Source of the DNA: an uncultured bacterium
Lineage (GTDB): Bacteria > Patescibacteriota > Minisyncoccia > Phycocordibacterales > GWA1-40-21
DNA: 64,000 bases
Direction of reading: 5' to 3'
Assembly: GCA_963798465.1 (NCBI GenBank)
Contig: CAWCTC010000001.1
Span: 390,970-454,969, forward strand
Below, one piece after another: positions 11,224 through 20,824 of this stretch (the stretch's first letter is position 1; the number at the start of each line of letters is the position of its first letter). The notes under the pieces are model-generated. The model did not search any database. It was given only the letters and a program-made list of their open reading frames with translations, and was not told where the DNA came from. The translations under genes and the position numbers were made by a program.

Positions 11224-12909
11224 ATGGTTAAAGTTAAAAATATTTTCAATATTTTCAATAAAGAAATAGACGGACTTCTTGAAGCCGCATATCTTTTGGG
11301 TTTGTTTGCAATAATTTCCCAGGTTTTGGCTCTTCTACGAGACAGAGTTCTTGCAGGATCTTTTGGCACCGGACACATTCTTGATATTTATTATGCATCA
11401 TTTGAAATTCCCGATTTTATCTTTGCAACGGTCGGTTCTATAGTTTCAATTTCTGTTCTTGTTCCTTTCATTACCGAAAAATTGGCAAAGTCAAAAGAAG
11501 AAACGATATATTTTATAAGAAGTATTTTTTCTTTTTTTTCTCTTTTGATTGTCGGTGTTTGTATTGTTGTTTTTATTTTTATGCCTTACCTTGCGCCGAG
11601 AGTTTTTCCTGGAATTACCGATCATGCAACATTGATAAAAATGGCTAGAATACTGCTTCTTTCTCCGATTTTACTCGGCATTTCAAACTTTGTTGCGAGC
11701 ATTACTCAAGTCGGAAGAAGATTTCTTGTCTATGCGCTGAGCCCGATTTTCTATAATCTTGGAATAATATTTGGCGCATTATTTTTATATCCGCTTTTTG
11801 GAATTTACGGTCTTGCTTTCGGCGTTGTATTTGGAGCAATGATGCACTTAGGCGTTCAGCTTCCTTTTGTTTTTAAAAGCGGTTTGTTCAAACCGTGGCC
11901 GTTTCATTTTAATTTTTCTCTGATAAAAAAAATATTTTTAATATCAATACCGAGAACTATAACTTTGGGAATGACACAGATTACAACACTTGTTCTCGTG
12001 AGCTTGGCATCTGTCATGACTGTCGGTTCGATTTCTGTATTTAATTTTTCCAATAATCTTATGGGAGTTCCGCTTTCAATTATCGGCGTGAGTTATTCTC
12101 TGGCTGCATTTCCTACGCTGGCAAAATTTATTTCTAAAAATCAAGGCGCGGAATATTTGTCTCATATTTCCGCTGCAATAAGGCATACGATATTTTGGTC
12201 CATTCCGATAAGCGTTATTTTTATAGTTTTACGCGCTCAAATTGTAAGATCAATTTATGGAACTGGAGCTTTCACCTGGAACAGCACTAAGCTTACTGCA
12301 GCCGCACTTGCGATATATGCGCTTTCAATCACAGCCCAATCTTTGGTCCTTATTTTTATCAGAGGCTATTATGCAAAAGGTAATACGAAAAAATCACTTT
12401 ATGCGAGCGTTATAACGGGTGTTCTTTCAATCGGACTTTCAATTCTTTTTGTAAAAATATTCTATCATTTTAATATGTTTAGATATTTCATTGAAAATCT
12501 TTTCAGAGTCGATGGTATTCCCGGAACGGAAATTCTAATGCTTGCACTGGGCTTTTCTTTGGCTCAAATAATCAACTGCGTCATTCTCTGGATATGGTTT
12601 GAAAAAGAAAATCCAAAATTTTCAACTCAGTTATTAAAAACTCTTTTTCAAAGTTTTTCAGCTTCAGTAATAATGGGCTTTGTAGCTTATCTATGTTTAG
12701 GTGTTTTTGACAATATTTTCAATATAAACAAGCTTTGGGGCATTTTCTTGCAAGGTTTCTGTTCCGGTGTGATAGGAATTGCAGCTCTTATTATTATGTT
12801 GAAAGTTTTAAAAAGCAAAGAACTTGATGAAACCATCAGCACACTTCGTCAGAAAATTTGGAAAGCCCGACCTCTCATTCCAGATACGAGCGCTGCCGAT
12901 TTGAAGTAA
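11224..12909 (+). CDS. murJ: Lipid II flippase MurJ (MviN family), polytopic membrane protein
   Basis: 561 aa, about 14 TM segments, conserved MurJ N-terminal region (LLRDRVLAGSFGTG...DIYYASFEIPDF). Confidence 0.85.
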   Translation: MVKVKNIFNIFNKEIDGLLEAAYLLGLFAIISQVLALLRDRVLAGSFGTGHILDIYYASFEIPDFIFATVGSIVSISVLVPFITEKLAKSKEETIYFIRSIFSFFSLLIVGVCIVVFIFMPYLAPRVFPGITDHATLIKMARILLLSPILLGISNFVASITQVGRRFLVYALSPIFYNLGIIFGALFLYPLFGIYGLAFGVVFGAMMHLGVQLPFVFKSGLFKPWPFHFNFSLIKKIFLISIPRTITLGMTQITTLVLVSLASVMTVGSISVFNFSNNLMGVPLSIIGVSYSLAAFPTLAKFISKNQGAEYLSHISAAIRHTIFWSIPISVIFIVLRAQIVRSIYGTGAFTWNSTKLTAAALAIYALSITAQSLVLIFIRGYYAKGNTKKSLYASVITGVLSIGLSILFVKIFYHFNMFRYFIENLFRVDGIPGTEILMLALGFSLAQIINCVILWIWFEKENPKFSTQLLKTLFQSFSASVIMGFVAYLCLGVFDNIFNINKLWGIFLQGFCSGVIGIAALIIMLKVLKSKELDETISTLRQKIWKARPLIPDTSAADLK

Positions 12910-12967
12910 TAGGGGTTGATTCTTCTAACGTTTTAAGCTATACTCATAGGACTTAATTTTAAAACAC

Positions 12968-13126
12968 ATGTCACAAGATCAATTAATCAAGCTTGCCTGC
13001 AAAACTTGTAAAAGAGTAAATTACTGGACAAGAAAGAACAAAAAGAAAGTTGAGAGAAAAATCGAACTCAAAAAGTTTTGCAAATGGTGCAAAAAGACAA
13101 CTGTCCACAAAGAAATCAAAAAATAA
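12968..13126 (+). CDS. rpmG: 50S ribosomal protein L33 (zinc-ribbon type); absent from the supplied ORF track because it is under 60 aa
   Basis: MSQDQLIKLACKTCKRVNYWTRKNKKKVERKIELKKFCKWCKKTTVHKEIKK*; CxxC...CxxC and KIELKKF match L33. Confidence 0.8.
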   Translation: MSQDQLIKLACKTCKRVNYWTRKNKKKVERKIELKKFCKWCKKTTVHKEIKK

Positions 13127-13132
13127 ATTAAA

Positions 13133-13160
13133 ATACCGCCGAGTGGCGGTTTTTTAATTT
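13133..13160 (+). terminator. Rho-independent terminator (ACCGCC-gagt-GGCGGT + TTTTTAATTT)
   Basis: Hairpin plus T-run after rpmG. Confidence 0.7.
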
Positions 13161-13190
13161 AAATATTTTATGCTATATTTATCTGACCAC

Positions 13191-13261
13191 GGGTGATTAG
13201 TTAAGTGGTATAACTGCGGTCTCCAAAACCGCTGTCGGGGGTTCGATTCCCTCATCACCCG
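13191..13261 (+). tRNA. tRNA-Trp (anticodon CCA)
   Basis: Cloverleaf: acceptor GGGTGAT/ATCACCC, D-stem AGTT/AACT, anticodon stem GCGGT/ACCGC with loop CTCCAAA, T-stem GGGGG/CCCTC, T-loop TTCGATT, discriminator G. Confidence 0.9.
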
Positions 13262-13424
13262 CAAAATCTCATTTATGAGATTTTTCTGATGAGGGAATCG
13301 AAAGGCGCAGGTATATTGCGAGTAGCAACGAGCAATACCGAGCCGGGGTCGAGAAAATTTCTGAGCGACGGCGAAGAAATTATTCGTGACCGATTCATAA
13401 TTAATTCTCATCACCCGCAAAATA
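13250..13424 (+). repeat. 17-18 bp direct repeat of the tRNA-Trp 3' end (CTCATCACCCGCAAAAT at 13251-13267 and 13407-13424), plus an inverted copy of the T-arm/acceptor segment (GATGAGGGAATCGAA at 13289-13303)
   Basis: Exact sequence identity read directly; a terminator hairpin (AAATCTCAttTATGAGATTT) lies between DR1 and the inverted copy. Confidence 0.8.
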
Positions 13425-13426
13425 TT

Positions 13427-14143
13427 ATGAAACTAAATATTAAATTTAAACTTAATAAACAGTTAGATAAAAATATGACATTGATTTTTTTAGGTAGCGG
13501 AGAAAAGGGCGGAGTTGATTTTTCAAACAGCGTTACTTTTTATCATCCTGAATTAAAGAATGTAATTGACAGCAATAAAGAAGAAAAAATAAAATTTATT
13601 AGTGATTATTTTGATAAGTTTTATAAATTACACAGACAAGAGTTTAAAGACTTGATTGCAAAGATGCAGAGTAGTTGGAAAAATATAGAACCAAGTTTTA
13701 TCAATGAATTGAATAAAACTTTTAAGGATCCACAAAAACCAAATGGAAAATATATAGGTTATTTATCCGCAATAAATTGTAATCCTAGATTTCTTAAAGA
13801 TAAAACATATCAAATATTTTATGGTCATAAAGCTGGCTCAAGCTATGTGACTGTGCACGAAGTTTTGCATTTCTTTTTCTATGATTATGCTGTGAAAAAA
13901 TATCCAGAAATTTTTGGAAAACTAGATACAAATAATGGAATATTTTGGGATTTAGCAGAATTATTTAATGCTGTAATTATGTCTTCAAAAGATTTTATGG
14001 GTGGAAAATACGCAAGTATAACTGAACCTTATCCAGCTCATCAAAAATATTTTGATAAAATGAAGGAAATTTGGAATAAAAATCCAGATATAGATAATTG
14101 GCTTATTGAAGCTTATGGTTATTTATCAAAGTATAACAGCTAG
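13427..14143 (+). CDS. Hypothetical protein with an HExxH motif (HEVLHFFFYDY); the ORF-track start at 13289 is probably too far upstream
   Basis: ORF 13289-14143; first in-frame ATG after the tRNA repeat region is at 13427 (MKLNIKFKLNK...); lies just past the duplicated tRNA 3' end. Confidence 0.5.
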   Translation: MKLNIKFKLNKQLDKNMTLIFLGSGEKGGVDFSNSVTFYHPELKNVIDSNKEEKIKFISDYFDKFYKLHRQEFKDLIAKMQSSWKNIEPSFINELNKTFKDPQKPNGKYIGYLSAINCNPRFLKDKTYQIFYGHKAGSSYVTVHEVLHFFFYDYAVKKYPEIFGKLDTNNGIFWDLAELFNAVIMSSKDFMGGKYASITEPYPAHQKYFDKMKEIWNKNPDIDNWLIEAYGYLSKYNS

Positions 14144-15027
14144 ATTTTCTTTTTTATTAAAGCGACTATTTTGTTAATTTTCTTCGGCTCAAACCATTTA
14201 ATATTTTTATTTCTTTTGAACCAAGTTCTTTGTCTTTTTACGAAATGCCAGATTTCTTTTTTCAAGTTTTCAATCATCTGTTCTTTTGTGATTTTATTTT
14301 CAAGGAAAAGCGCAGTCTGCCTGTATTCAAGCCCGAATGACTCGAGTCTTTTCCAGCTTACGCCTTGTTTGTGAAGACCAGATATCTCATTAATCATTCC
14401 AAGTTTTATTCTTTTAAAAAGTCTTTTTTCAATTCTTTCTTTCAGGACATTATCTTTTGCATCAAGACCAATGATAATAAAGTCATATTTTTTTAGTCCT
14501 TCTATTATTTCTGGCACATTTCCAAGCGATTTTGCAATTTCTATTGCGCGAATAAGGCGGATTTTGTTTTGTTTGTCGATATTTTTTGCACGAGTTGATG
14601 AAAGTTTTTCTAGCATTTCAAATAGTTTTTCAGCAGGATATTTTTCAAGCATATTTCTTAGCTTCTGATTTAGTTTAACTTCAGGCAAAGTAATATTTTT
14701 TACAATGCTATCAATATAAAAGCCAGTTCCTCCGCAAATAATCGGAGTTTTACCTTTCGAAAGTATTTTTTCAATTGCTTTTTCGGCAAGCTCCTTATAC
14801 TCGACCACCGAAAAAAAGTTTTTAGGATTGACAATATCAAGAAGATGATGGGGAATACCCAGCATTTCTTTTTTAGTAATTTTTCCACTGCCCAAATCCA
14901 TACCTTTAAATACTTGGCGCGAGTCTGCACTGATTATTTCGCCATTGAATTTTTTGGCGATTTGAACGGCAATGTCGCTTTTTCCTGTTGCGGTTGGCCC
15001 GAGGACGACGATGATTTTAGGTTTCAT
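14140..15027 (-). CDS. miaA: tRNA dimethylallyltransferase (start probably MKPKIIVVLGPTATGKS; the ORF extends to 15063)
   Basis: P-loop GPTATGKS, ISADSRQVFKGMDLGSGK, GGTGFY motifs of MiaA. Confidence 0.85.
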   Translation of the reverse strand: MKPKIIVVLGPTATGKSDIAVQIAKKFNGEIISADSRQVFKGMDLGSGKITKKEMLGIPHHLLDIVNPKNFFSVVEYKELAEKAIEKILSKGKTPIICGGTGFYIDSIVKNITLPEVKLNQKLRNMLEKYPAEKLFEMLEKLSSTRAKNIDKQNKIRLIRAIEIAKSLGNVPEIIEGLKKYDFIIIGLDAKDNVLKERIEKRLFKRIKLGMINEISGLHKQGVSWKRLESFGLEYRQTALFLENKITKEQMIENLKKEIWHFVKRQRTWFKRNKNIKWFEPKKINKIVALIKKKI

Positions 15028-15410
15028 AGATAGGATATTAGCATATTTTAATTCGGGTCCCAACCCAAATTAAAATTCGACGAACGTAAACTTCGGGTTC
15101 CCCAAAAGAAAAATAAAGGACTTGGTCACAGAATTAAATTTGGATCCAAACCCAAATTTAATTAACGACGACGAGGGACCGTTTCGCGTCTCTCTCCTTA
15201 CAGGAGCTGTAACACAAGGTCACTTCTTGTTTTCTAATTCACTTCGTTCATAAGAAAACAAAGTCGTACACCTTTCGTATTTTTTCACATGAGTACACCA
15301 CAAGAGTACTTCCAATCTCTAATCGCTTCGCTCAAGAGATTTAGGTCGCATTCTCAAAAATATACTCAAGGTTTTTCGAGTCCCTCACGTCGCAAAGCAG
15401 TTTGCGACTT

Positions 15411-15466
15411 TCCGGCACAAATTAAAAAACAGCTAATAAAAGCTGTTTTTTAATTTGTGCCGGAAG
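15411..15466. terminator. Long hairpin CCGGCACAAATTAAAAAACAGCT-aataaa-AGCTGTTTTTTAATTTGTGCCGG overlapping the 3' acceptor end of tRNA-Leu
   Basis: About 23-bp inverted repeat with A/T runs on both sides; terminator for tRNA-Leu (minus strand) and possibly bidirectional. Confidence 0.6.
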
Positions 15467-15541
15467 AGGGACTCGAACCCTCATGACCTTGCGATCGATA
15501 GATTTTGAGTCTATTGCGTCTACCAATTCCGCCATCCCGGC
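15459..15541 (-). tRNA. tRNA-Leu (anticodon CAA), type II with long variable arm
   Basis: Minus-strand sequence GCCGGGATGGCGGAATTGGTAGACGCAATAGACTCAAAATCTATCGATCGCAAGGTCATGAGGGTTCGAGTCCCTCTTCCGGCA: anticodon loop CTCAAAA, T-loop TTCGAGT, 15-nt variable arm. Confidence 0.85.
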
Positions 15542-15606
15542 ATTTTGAAAAATAAATCTCGCTTTGCTCGAATTTTTCATTCCAACAAAGTATTGTTGGA
15601 ACCAAT

Positions 15607-15676
15607 GCTGGGATGGCGGCCTCCTCGCTTCGCTCGGACGAAAAGCAAAGCAGTTTGCTTTTCGTCCATCCCGGCA
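15607..15676. repeat. Partial copies of the tRNA-Leu 5' end: inverted TGCTGGGATGGCGG (15607-15620) and direct GTCCATCCCGGCA (15664-15676), plus a perfect 14-bp hairpin GGACGAAAAGCAAA-gcag-TTTGCTTTTCGTCC (15638-15669)
   Basis: Read directly from the sequence; the tRNA 5' end is CCGCCATCCCGGCA at 15528-15541. Confidence 0.7.
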
Positions 15677-15776
15677 CTAGTCAGCCCATAATATACAATT
15701 TATGAACAAAAATCAATTTTTAATAGCTTGTTTTTTGTGATAAAATAGCCGTATTAAATCTTAATTTAAAATAAAA

Positions 15777-16784
15777 ATGTCACAATTTTACAGCGATTCA
15801 ATATTTTGGATAGAGACGGAAAAAATAAATCCGAATCCTTTTCAGCCAAGAAAAGAATTTGACGAAGCAAGATTGAAAGATCTCGCAGAATCAATAAGAC
15901 AATACGGAGTTCTTCAGCCGATTGTCGTCACTAGAAAAGAAACTCAAAAAGAAGACGGTGGAATTGCAGTCGAATATGAATTGATTTCCGGAGAAAGGAG
16001 ATTAAGAGCTTCAAAACTTGCGGGCATTCCGCAGATTCCTGCAGTGATACGTTCAAACGATGAGTCAAACTTGATGAAGCTTGAGCTTGCTATCATTGAA
16101 AATCTGCAAAGAGAAGATTTGAATTGTGTTGACAGAGCGAAGGCATTTCAACAGCTTGTAGCCGAATTTAATTTTAAGCATACTCAGATCGCTGCAAAAA
16201 TTGGCAAGAGCAGGGAATATGTTTCGAATAGTTTGAGAATTCTCGCATTGCCTGAACATATGCTTTTAGCAGTTTCTGAAGGGAAAATTCTGGAAGGGCA
16301 CACAAGACCGCTTCTTATGCTTACTGACAGAAAGGACGAACAGGAAACTCTTTTTAAAGAAATTATTTATAAGAAAATAACAGTTCGTGATGCGGAAATG
16401 ATTGCCAGAAAAATTGCAACTGAAAGAGCCAGAAAGAAGGAAGTCGTTTTTGATCCTGAAATAACCGCACTTGAAGAAAAATTTGCGGAATCTTTGGGAA
16501 CGAGAGTTCATATTGAAAAAGGTGAAAAAGGTGGAAAAATTACGATTGATTTTTTCTCAAATGACGATGTTCGTGCGATTCTCGATATGCTCGATAGCCA
16601 GAAAAAAAGAAAAGTAGACGAGATGTTGGACAAGCATATTGCTTCAATGGCTACGGATGATATTTCCGGCGTACCGAAAATTGCAGAAGAAGAAATCGCT
16701 TTTATAGACGACAGAAGCGTTGAAGAAAAAAAGGCAGATGAAGAAAGCGAAGATTTATATTCGGTAAAAAATTTTAGCTTATAG
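15777..16784 (+). CDS. parB: ParB/Spo0J-family partition protein (ParB N-terminal nuclease-like domain + HTH); no parA adjacent
   Basis: GERRLRAS box, LQPIVV, HTH region QIAAKIGKSREYVSNSLRIL. Confidence 0.8.
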   Translation: MSQFYSDSIFWIETEKINPNPFQPRKEFDEARLKDLAESIRQYGVLQPIVVTRKETQKEDGGIAVEYELISGERRLRASKLAGIPQIPAVIRSNDESNLMKLELAIIENLQREDLNCVDRAKAFQQLVAEFNFKHTQIAAKIGKSREYVSNSLRILALPEHMLLAVSEGKILEGHTRPLLMLTDRKDEQETLFKEIIYKKITVRDAEMIARKIATERARKKEVVFDPEITALEEKFAESLGTRVHIEKGEKGGKITIDFFSNDDVRAILDMLDSQKKRKVDEMLDKHIASMATDDISGVPKIAEEEIAFIDDRSVEEKKADEESEDLYSVKNFSL

Positions 16785-16947
16785 AATTTACTATCTTTTT
16801 GAAAAATTTCTTCGTTGCATATTCCGTTTGCTCCCGCGTAGTACATTTAGTACAACTTGGTCGCAATACTCATAAGCGCCTCGAACTTTTTCAAAAATCT
16901 TAGTAAATCAAAACCAGAAAAAAGTGGAGTCTACGGCGTCGTCCTTT

Positions 16948-16995
16948 TTGATTTAGAGAAATCACGTCGCGCAACCGTCCTTTTAATGCGACGCT
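16948..16995 (-). repeat. Hairpin + TGATTTC motif element (minus orientation) lying 3 nt past the rel stop codon
   Basis: Minus strand reads GCGTCGCATTAAAAGGACGGTTGCGCGACGTGATTTCTCTAAATCAA, sharing a 22-nt exact core (GACGGTTGCGCGACGTGATTTC) with the copy at 33715-33763. Confidence 0.7.
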
Positions 16996-16997
16996 AA

Positions 16998-18533
16998 TTA
17001 TTTCTGCCTTGGAATCTGATTTTTTGTCTTATTTTTTTCCAAGTAATTGCTTATGTGTCTTTTTGCCATGTTAGTCTTGGCTATCTCAAGCCATTTTGAG
17101 CTCGGTTTGCTTGAACCTTTTATTATTATTTCAACGATATCGCTGTTGTTTAATTTTGTATCTAGAGAAACCATCTTATTGTTTATTTTTGCTCCGCTTG
17201 TGTGAATTCCAATATCAGAGTGAATTGCAAAAGCGAAATCCAACGCGCAAGAATCGACAGGCAAGTCCACAACATCGCCTTTCGGAGTAAGCACGAAAAT
17301 CCTGTCATTAAAAAAATCCGCTTTTAAATCCTCGATAAAACCGTCTTTATCTTTTTCAGTTTTTATATTTTTTTGCGATTCAGCCAATTCATTTATCCAG
17401 CCCGGTGCAAGTTCGCTATTGCCGGGAGTTTTCGAATAATTTATTATTTTTGGGAGAAATTGTTTGAACCATTTTGATTCAGAATTTTCTTTTTGTTTGA
17501 CTGATCCTTTTTCCTTATACAAAATGTGCGACGCAATACCATATTCGGAATCGTGATGCATTTCAAAAGTGCGTATCTGCACTTCTATCGTCGCACCATC
17601 GCCCGTGAGCACATTTGTGTGAAGACTTTTATATCCATTTGGTTTAGGAAATGCAATGTAGTCTTTTATTCTTCCTGGAATCGGTCTTGCGATGCTGTGA
17701 ATAATTCCCAAAACTTTATAACAATCGGCAACATTATCCACGCTGATTCGGATGGCGAGTATGTCATAGATTTTATTTATATCGTTATCGTGAGTTTTAA
17801 GTTTTTTATACAAGCTGTAAATTCCTTTTTGCCTGTAATCTGATTTGAAATGAATAATTTCTTCGGCAGCCAAAGCTTTTTTCAGGGTCTTTAAAAATTT
17901 ATCCATCTCGGGAATCGATTCTTCTCTTTTGCTCTTCAACAAACTTTTAATTTTTTCATATTCTGCGGGATAAACATATTCAAAAGACAAGTCTTCAAGT
18001 TCGCGGGATAGCATTCTGATGGAAAGCCTGTAAGCCAGCGGTGCATAAATTTCCAAGGTTTCGAGAGCAATTCTTTTTTGTTTGTCTGGACGGACATATT
18101 GAAGTGTTCGCATATTGTGAAGCCTGTCTGCCAGCTTGATGATGAGAACACGAACATCTTGCGCCGCTGCCACGAGGAATTTTCTCAAGCTTTCAACATG
18201 TCTTTCTGCTCCTCTGTATTTAACTTTTCCAAGTTTGGTAACGCCGTTCACCAAAAATAAAACTTCATCGCCGAATTCTTTTTTAATTGTAGCTTCTGTC
18301 GCTACGCCATCTTCAACAGAATCATGCAGTAAACCAGCAACTATCGTGGTGGCTCCCATTTTCAAACTGGCAAGTATTTTTGCGGTTTCAAAAACATGGA
18401 TGAAGTACGGCTCTCCGGATTTTCTTACTTGGCCTTCATGGACTTTCAGCGCAAAATCATAAGCTTTTTGTATAAATTCCTTGTCTTTTTGTGATGGGGA
18501 ATCCAGTAGTTTTATAATTTCTTCGCAAGCCAT
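16998..18533 (-). CDS. rel: Bifunctional (p)ppGpp synthetase/hydrolase RelA/SpoT family (HD + synthetase + TGS; no ACT domain)
   Basis: HD motif (HDSVEDG), synthetase motifs (RISVDNVADCYKVLGIIHS, KSLHTNV), TGS region (RIFVLTPKGDVVDLP). Confidence 0.85.
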   Translation of the reverse strand: MACEEIIKLLDSPSQKDKEFIQKAYDFALKVHEGQVRKSGEPYFIHVFETAKILASLKMGATTIVAGLLHDSVEDGVATEATIKKEFGDEVLFLVNGVTKLGKVKYRGAERHVESLRKFLVAAAQDVRVLIIKLADRLHNMRTLQYVRPDKQKRIALETLEIYAPLAYRLSIRMLSRELEDLSFEYVYPAEYEKIKSLLKSKREESIPEMDKFLKTLKKALAAEEIIHFKSDYRQKGIYSLYKKLKTHDNDINKIYDILAIRISVDNVADCYKVLGIIHSIARPIPGRIKDYIAFPKPNGYKSLHTNVLTGDGATIEVQIRTFEMHHDSEYGIASHILYKEKGSVKQKENSESKWFKQFLPKIINYSKTPGNSELAPGWINELAESQKNIKTEKDKDGFIEDLKADFFNDRIFVLTPKGDVVDLPVDSCALDFAFAIHSDIGIHTSGAKINNKMVSLDTKLNNSDIVEIIIKGSSKPSSKWLEIAKTNMAKRHISNYLEKNKTKNQIPRQK

Positions 18534-18584
18534 AGTAATTTATATATTATTCCAATAAAAATTAAATGCAAACTAGAGAAAAAA

Positions 18585-18618
18585 TAAAACCGCTGCAGGG
18601 CGGCTTTATTTTTTCTCT
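18585..18618. terminator. Hairpin AAACCGCTGCAGGGCGGCTTT flanked by A/T runs between topA and rel
   Basis: GC stem-loop with T-run; bidirectional context. Confidence 0.55.
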
Positions 18619-18663
18619 AATTTATCAGGTCTATTGTTTGGACATTTAACATCACTGCATCTT

Positions 18664-20824
18664 TCAGGAATCGTTTTTGTTGCCTTCCATCATTAGCGAG
18701 CCGCAGATTGTACAAAGCTTGCCAGTTGGTTTCGCTTTGATTGCGTATTTACATTTTGGATAATTTGTACAGCTATAGAAAATTCCAAATCTCCCGCGCC
18801 TTTCTGTCATCTCTCCGGCTTTGCAAATCGGACATTGAATTCCAGTTGTTGGATTTAGATTTGCGTCTTTTTTAATATATTTACATTTTGGATAATTTGA
18901 ACAAGCAATAAACTTTCCAAATTTTCCTTCACGTTCCATAAGTTTTCCAGTTTTGCATTCAGGACACATTTCACCAGTTTCTTTCGGTCCTTCCATTTCT
19001 TCACCGGTCATTTTTCTTGCACCCAAACAATCCGGGTAATTTTTACAGCTCAAGAATTTTCCATTTTTAGAAAGTTTAATAATCATCGGTCCTCCGCATT
19101 TTGGACACTTGATGCTCGCGTCTGCTTCTCCAAGATTTGTAACTTTTTCAATTTTGCCTTTTTCTTTTACTTCTTTTGAAAATGGTCCGTAAAAATCTTT
19201 CAAAGTTTTTACATATTCTCTTTTTCCAGTTGCAATATCATCAAGCTCGTCTTCCATTTCTGCTGTGAAAGTGTCGCTGATATATTCAGGAAAATTTTTC
19301 TCAAGGAAATTGCTGACGACTTCGCCGGTGTCGGTAGGGAAAAGCGCTTTGTTAATCTTTGTTAACATAGCCTCTGTCCTCGATTGTTTTCATAATCGAA
19401 GCGTAAGTTGAAGGTCTTCCGATACCTCTTTTTTCAAGTTCTTTGATGAGTCCGGCTTCAGAATATCTTCCTGGTGGCTCGGTAAATTTTTCTGTGCTTC
19501 TGATTTCAATCAAATTTAATTTTTCGCCTTCTGAAACTTTTGGAAGTTCAACATCTCCGCCGTTTGCATCAGGATCAGCTTTCATCCAGCCATCGAAAAG
19601 CACTCTTGAACCATTGATTGAAAAAGTTGGAATTTCCTTGCCCGTAGAAACTTCTTCGGAAGTTTTGGCGGGGCCCGCTCCGACAACTGCTGTGATTTTT
19701 GTTCTCAAAACTTTTGCGTCTGTCATCTGTGAAGCGACAGTTCTTTGCCAGATAAGTCTGTAAAGTTCTTTTTGTTCGTCCGTGAATCCAGCGATTTCTT
19801 TGCTTGCATCTGTTGGTCTGATTGCTTCGTGAGCTTCCTGCGCGTTTTTGCTTTTTGTTTTGTAAATATTTCTTGAAGAATAATTTGCTCCGTATTTTTT
19901 GGAAACCATTCCGGCGATTTGAGTCAAAGCTGTTTCGCTCAAATTTGTGCTGTCGGTTCTCATGTAAGTAATGTATCCGGCTTCGTAAAGTTTCTGAGCG
20001 ATTCCCATGGTTCTTGAAGGAGAAAAGCCGAGACGAGTGCTTGCAGTCTGTTGCAATGTTGAAGTTGTGAAAGGAGCTTTCGGACTTCTTTTTGTTTCTG
20101 TTTCTGTGACGGATTTTACGGACCAGTCTTCTTTATTTCCGACTTCAAGTATTTTCTCAACTTCTTTTATATCTCGAGGTTCTTTGTCGCAGCCCAAAAG
20201 TATTTTAATTCCGCCGGCAGTTTTTACATCAGCTTCAATAATCCAGAATTGTTCCGGCTTGAATGCGCGGATTTCTCTTTCGCGTTCCATAATAATACGA
20301 AGTGCAGGGGATTGAACGCGTCCAGCAGAAAGTCCATAACGAACTTTTTTCCAGATAAGTCCAGAAAGATCATAACCGACAAGTCTATCAAGAACTCTTC
20401 TAGCTTCTTGAGCTTTTCTTAAATTTTCATCAATTTCTGTCGGATGTGCGATAGCTTCTTTGATTGCGTCTTTTGTAATTTCATGGAAACGAACTCTTTT
20501 TGGATTTTTTAGTCCGACGGCTTCTTTGATATGCCATGCAATAGCTTCTCCTTCTCGGTCAGGGTCGGTTGCGAGCAATACTTCGTCAGCTTTTTTAGCT
20601 AAGGATTTTATTTCAGCAACAACCTTTTCTTTTCCAGGGGAAATAACGTAATGGGGAATAAATCCGCCAGGAATATCAATGGCGTCCTTGTTTGATTTTG
20701 GCAAATCGCGAATATGCCCGACGCTTGCTCGGACTGTATATGCACCTTCCAAATATTTTTCTATCGTCTTCGCTTTTGACGGAGACTCAACGATTAAAAG
20801 TTTCACCGGGTAGTGAAATTTCAA
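18664..20824 (-). CDS. topA: DNA topoisomerase I with one frameshift near 19352-19368 separating the catalytic part (490 codons) from the C-terminal Zn-ribbon part (234 codons)
   Basis: TOPRIM N-terminus (KLLIVESPSKAKTIEKYL), active-site region, C-terminal repeated CxxC zinc ribbons (CPKCGG..., CPECKTG..., CPICKAG..., CTICGS); the two ORFs are in different frames and overlap by 17 nt. Confidence 0.85.

Noticed and set aside
13266-13330. Possible hammerhead ribozyme (CTGATGAGGGAATCGAAAGG)
   Set aside because: CUGAUGA and GAAA boxes are present, but I could not build helices I-III with a cleavage-site triplet. It is better explained as an inverted copy of the tRNA T-arm.
15063-15458. tmRNA, SRP RNA or 6S RNA in the 390-bp ORF-free spacer
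   Set aside because: No tRNA-like 3' end (GGTTCGANTCC...CCA) apart from the real tRNAs, no tag-peptide reading frame, and no SRP domain IV motif; left as unexplained.
15450-15677. 75-aa minus-strand ORF
   Set aside because: Overlaps tRNA-Leu and its terminator hairpin; an artefact of the tRNA region.
16508-16846. 112-aa minus-strand ORF overlapping the parB 3' end
   Set aside because: Antisense to parB, Ser-rich low complexity, no start context.
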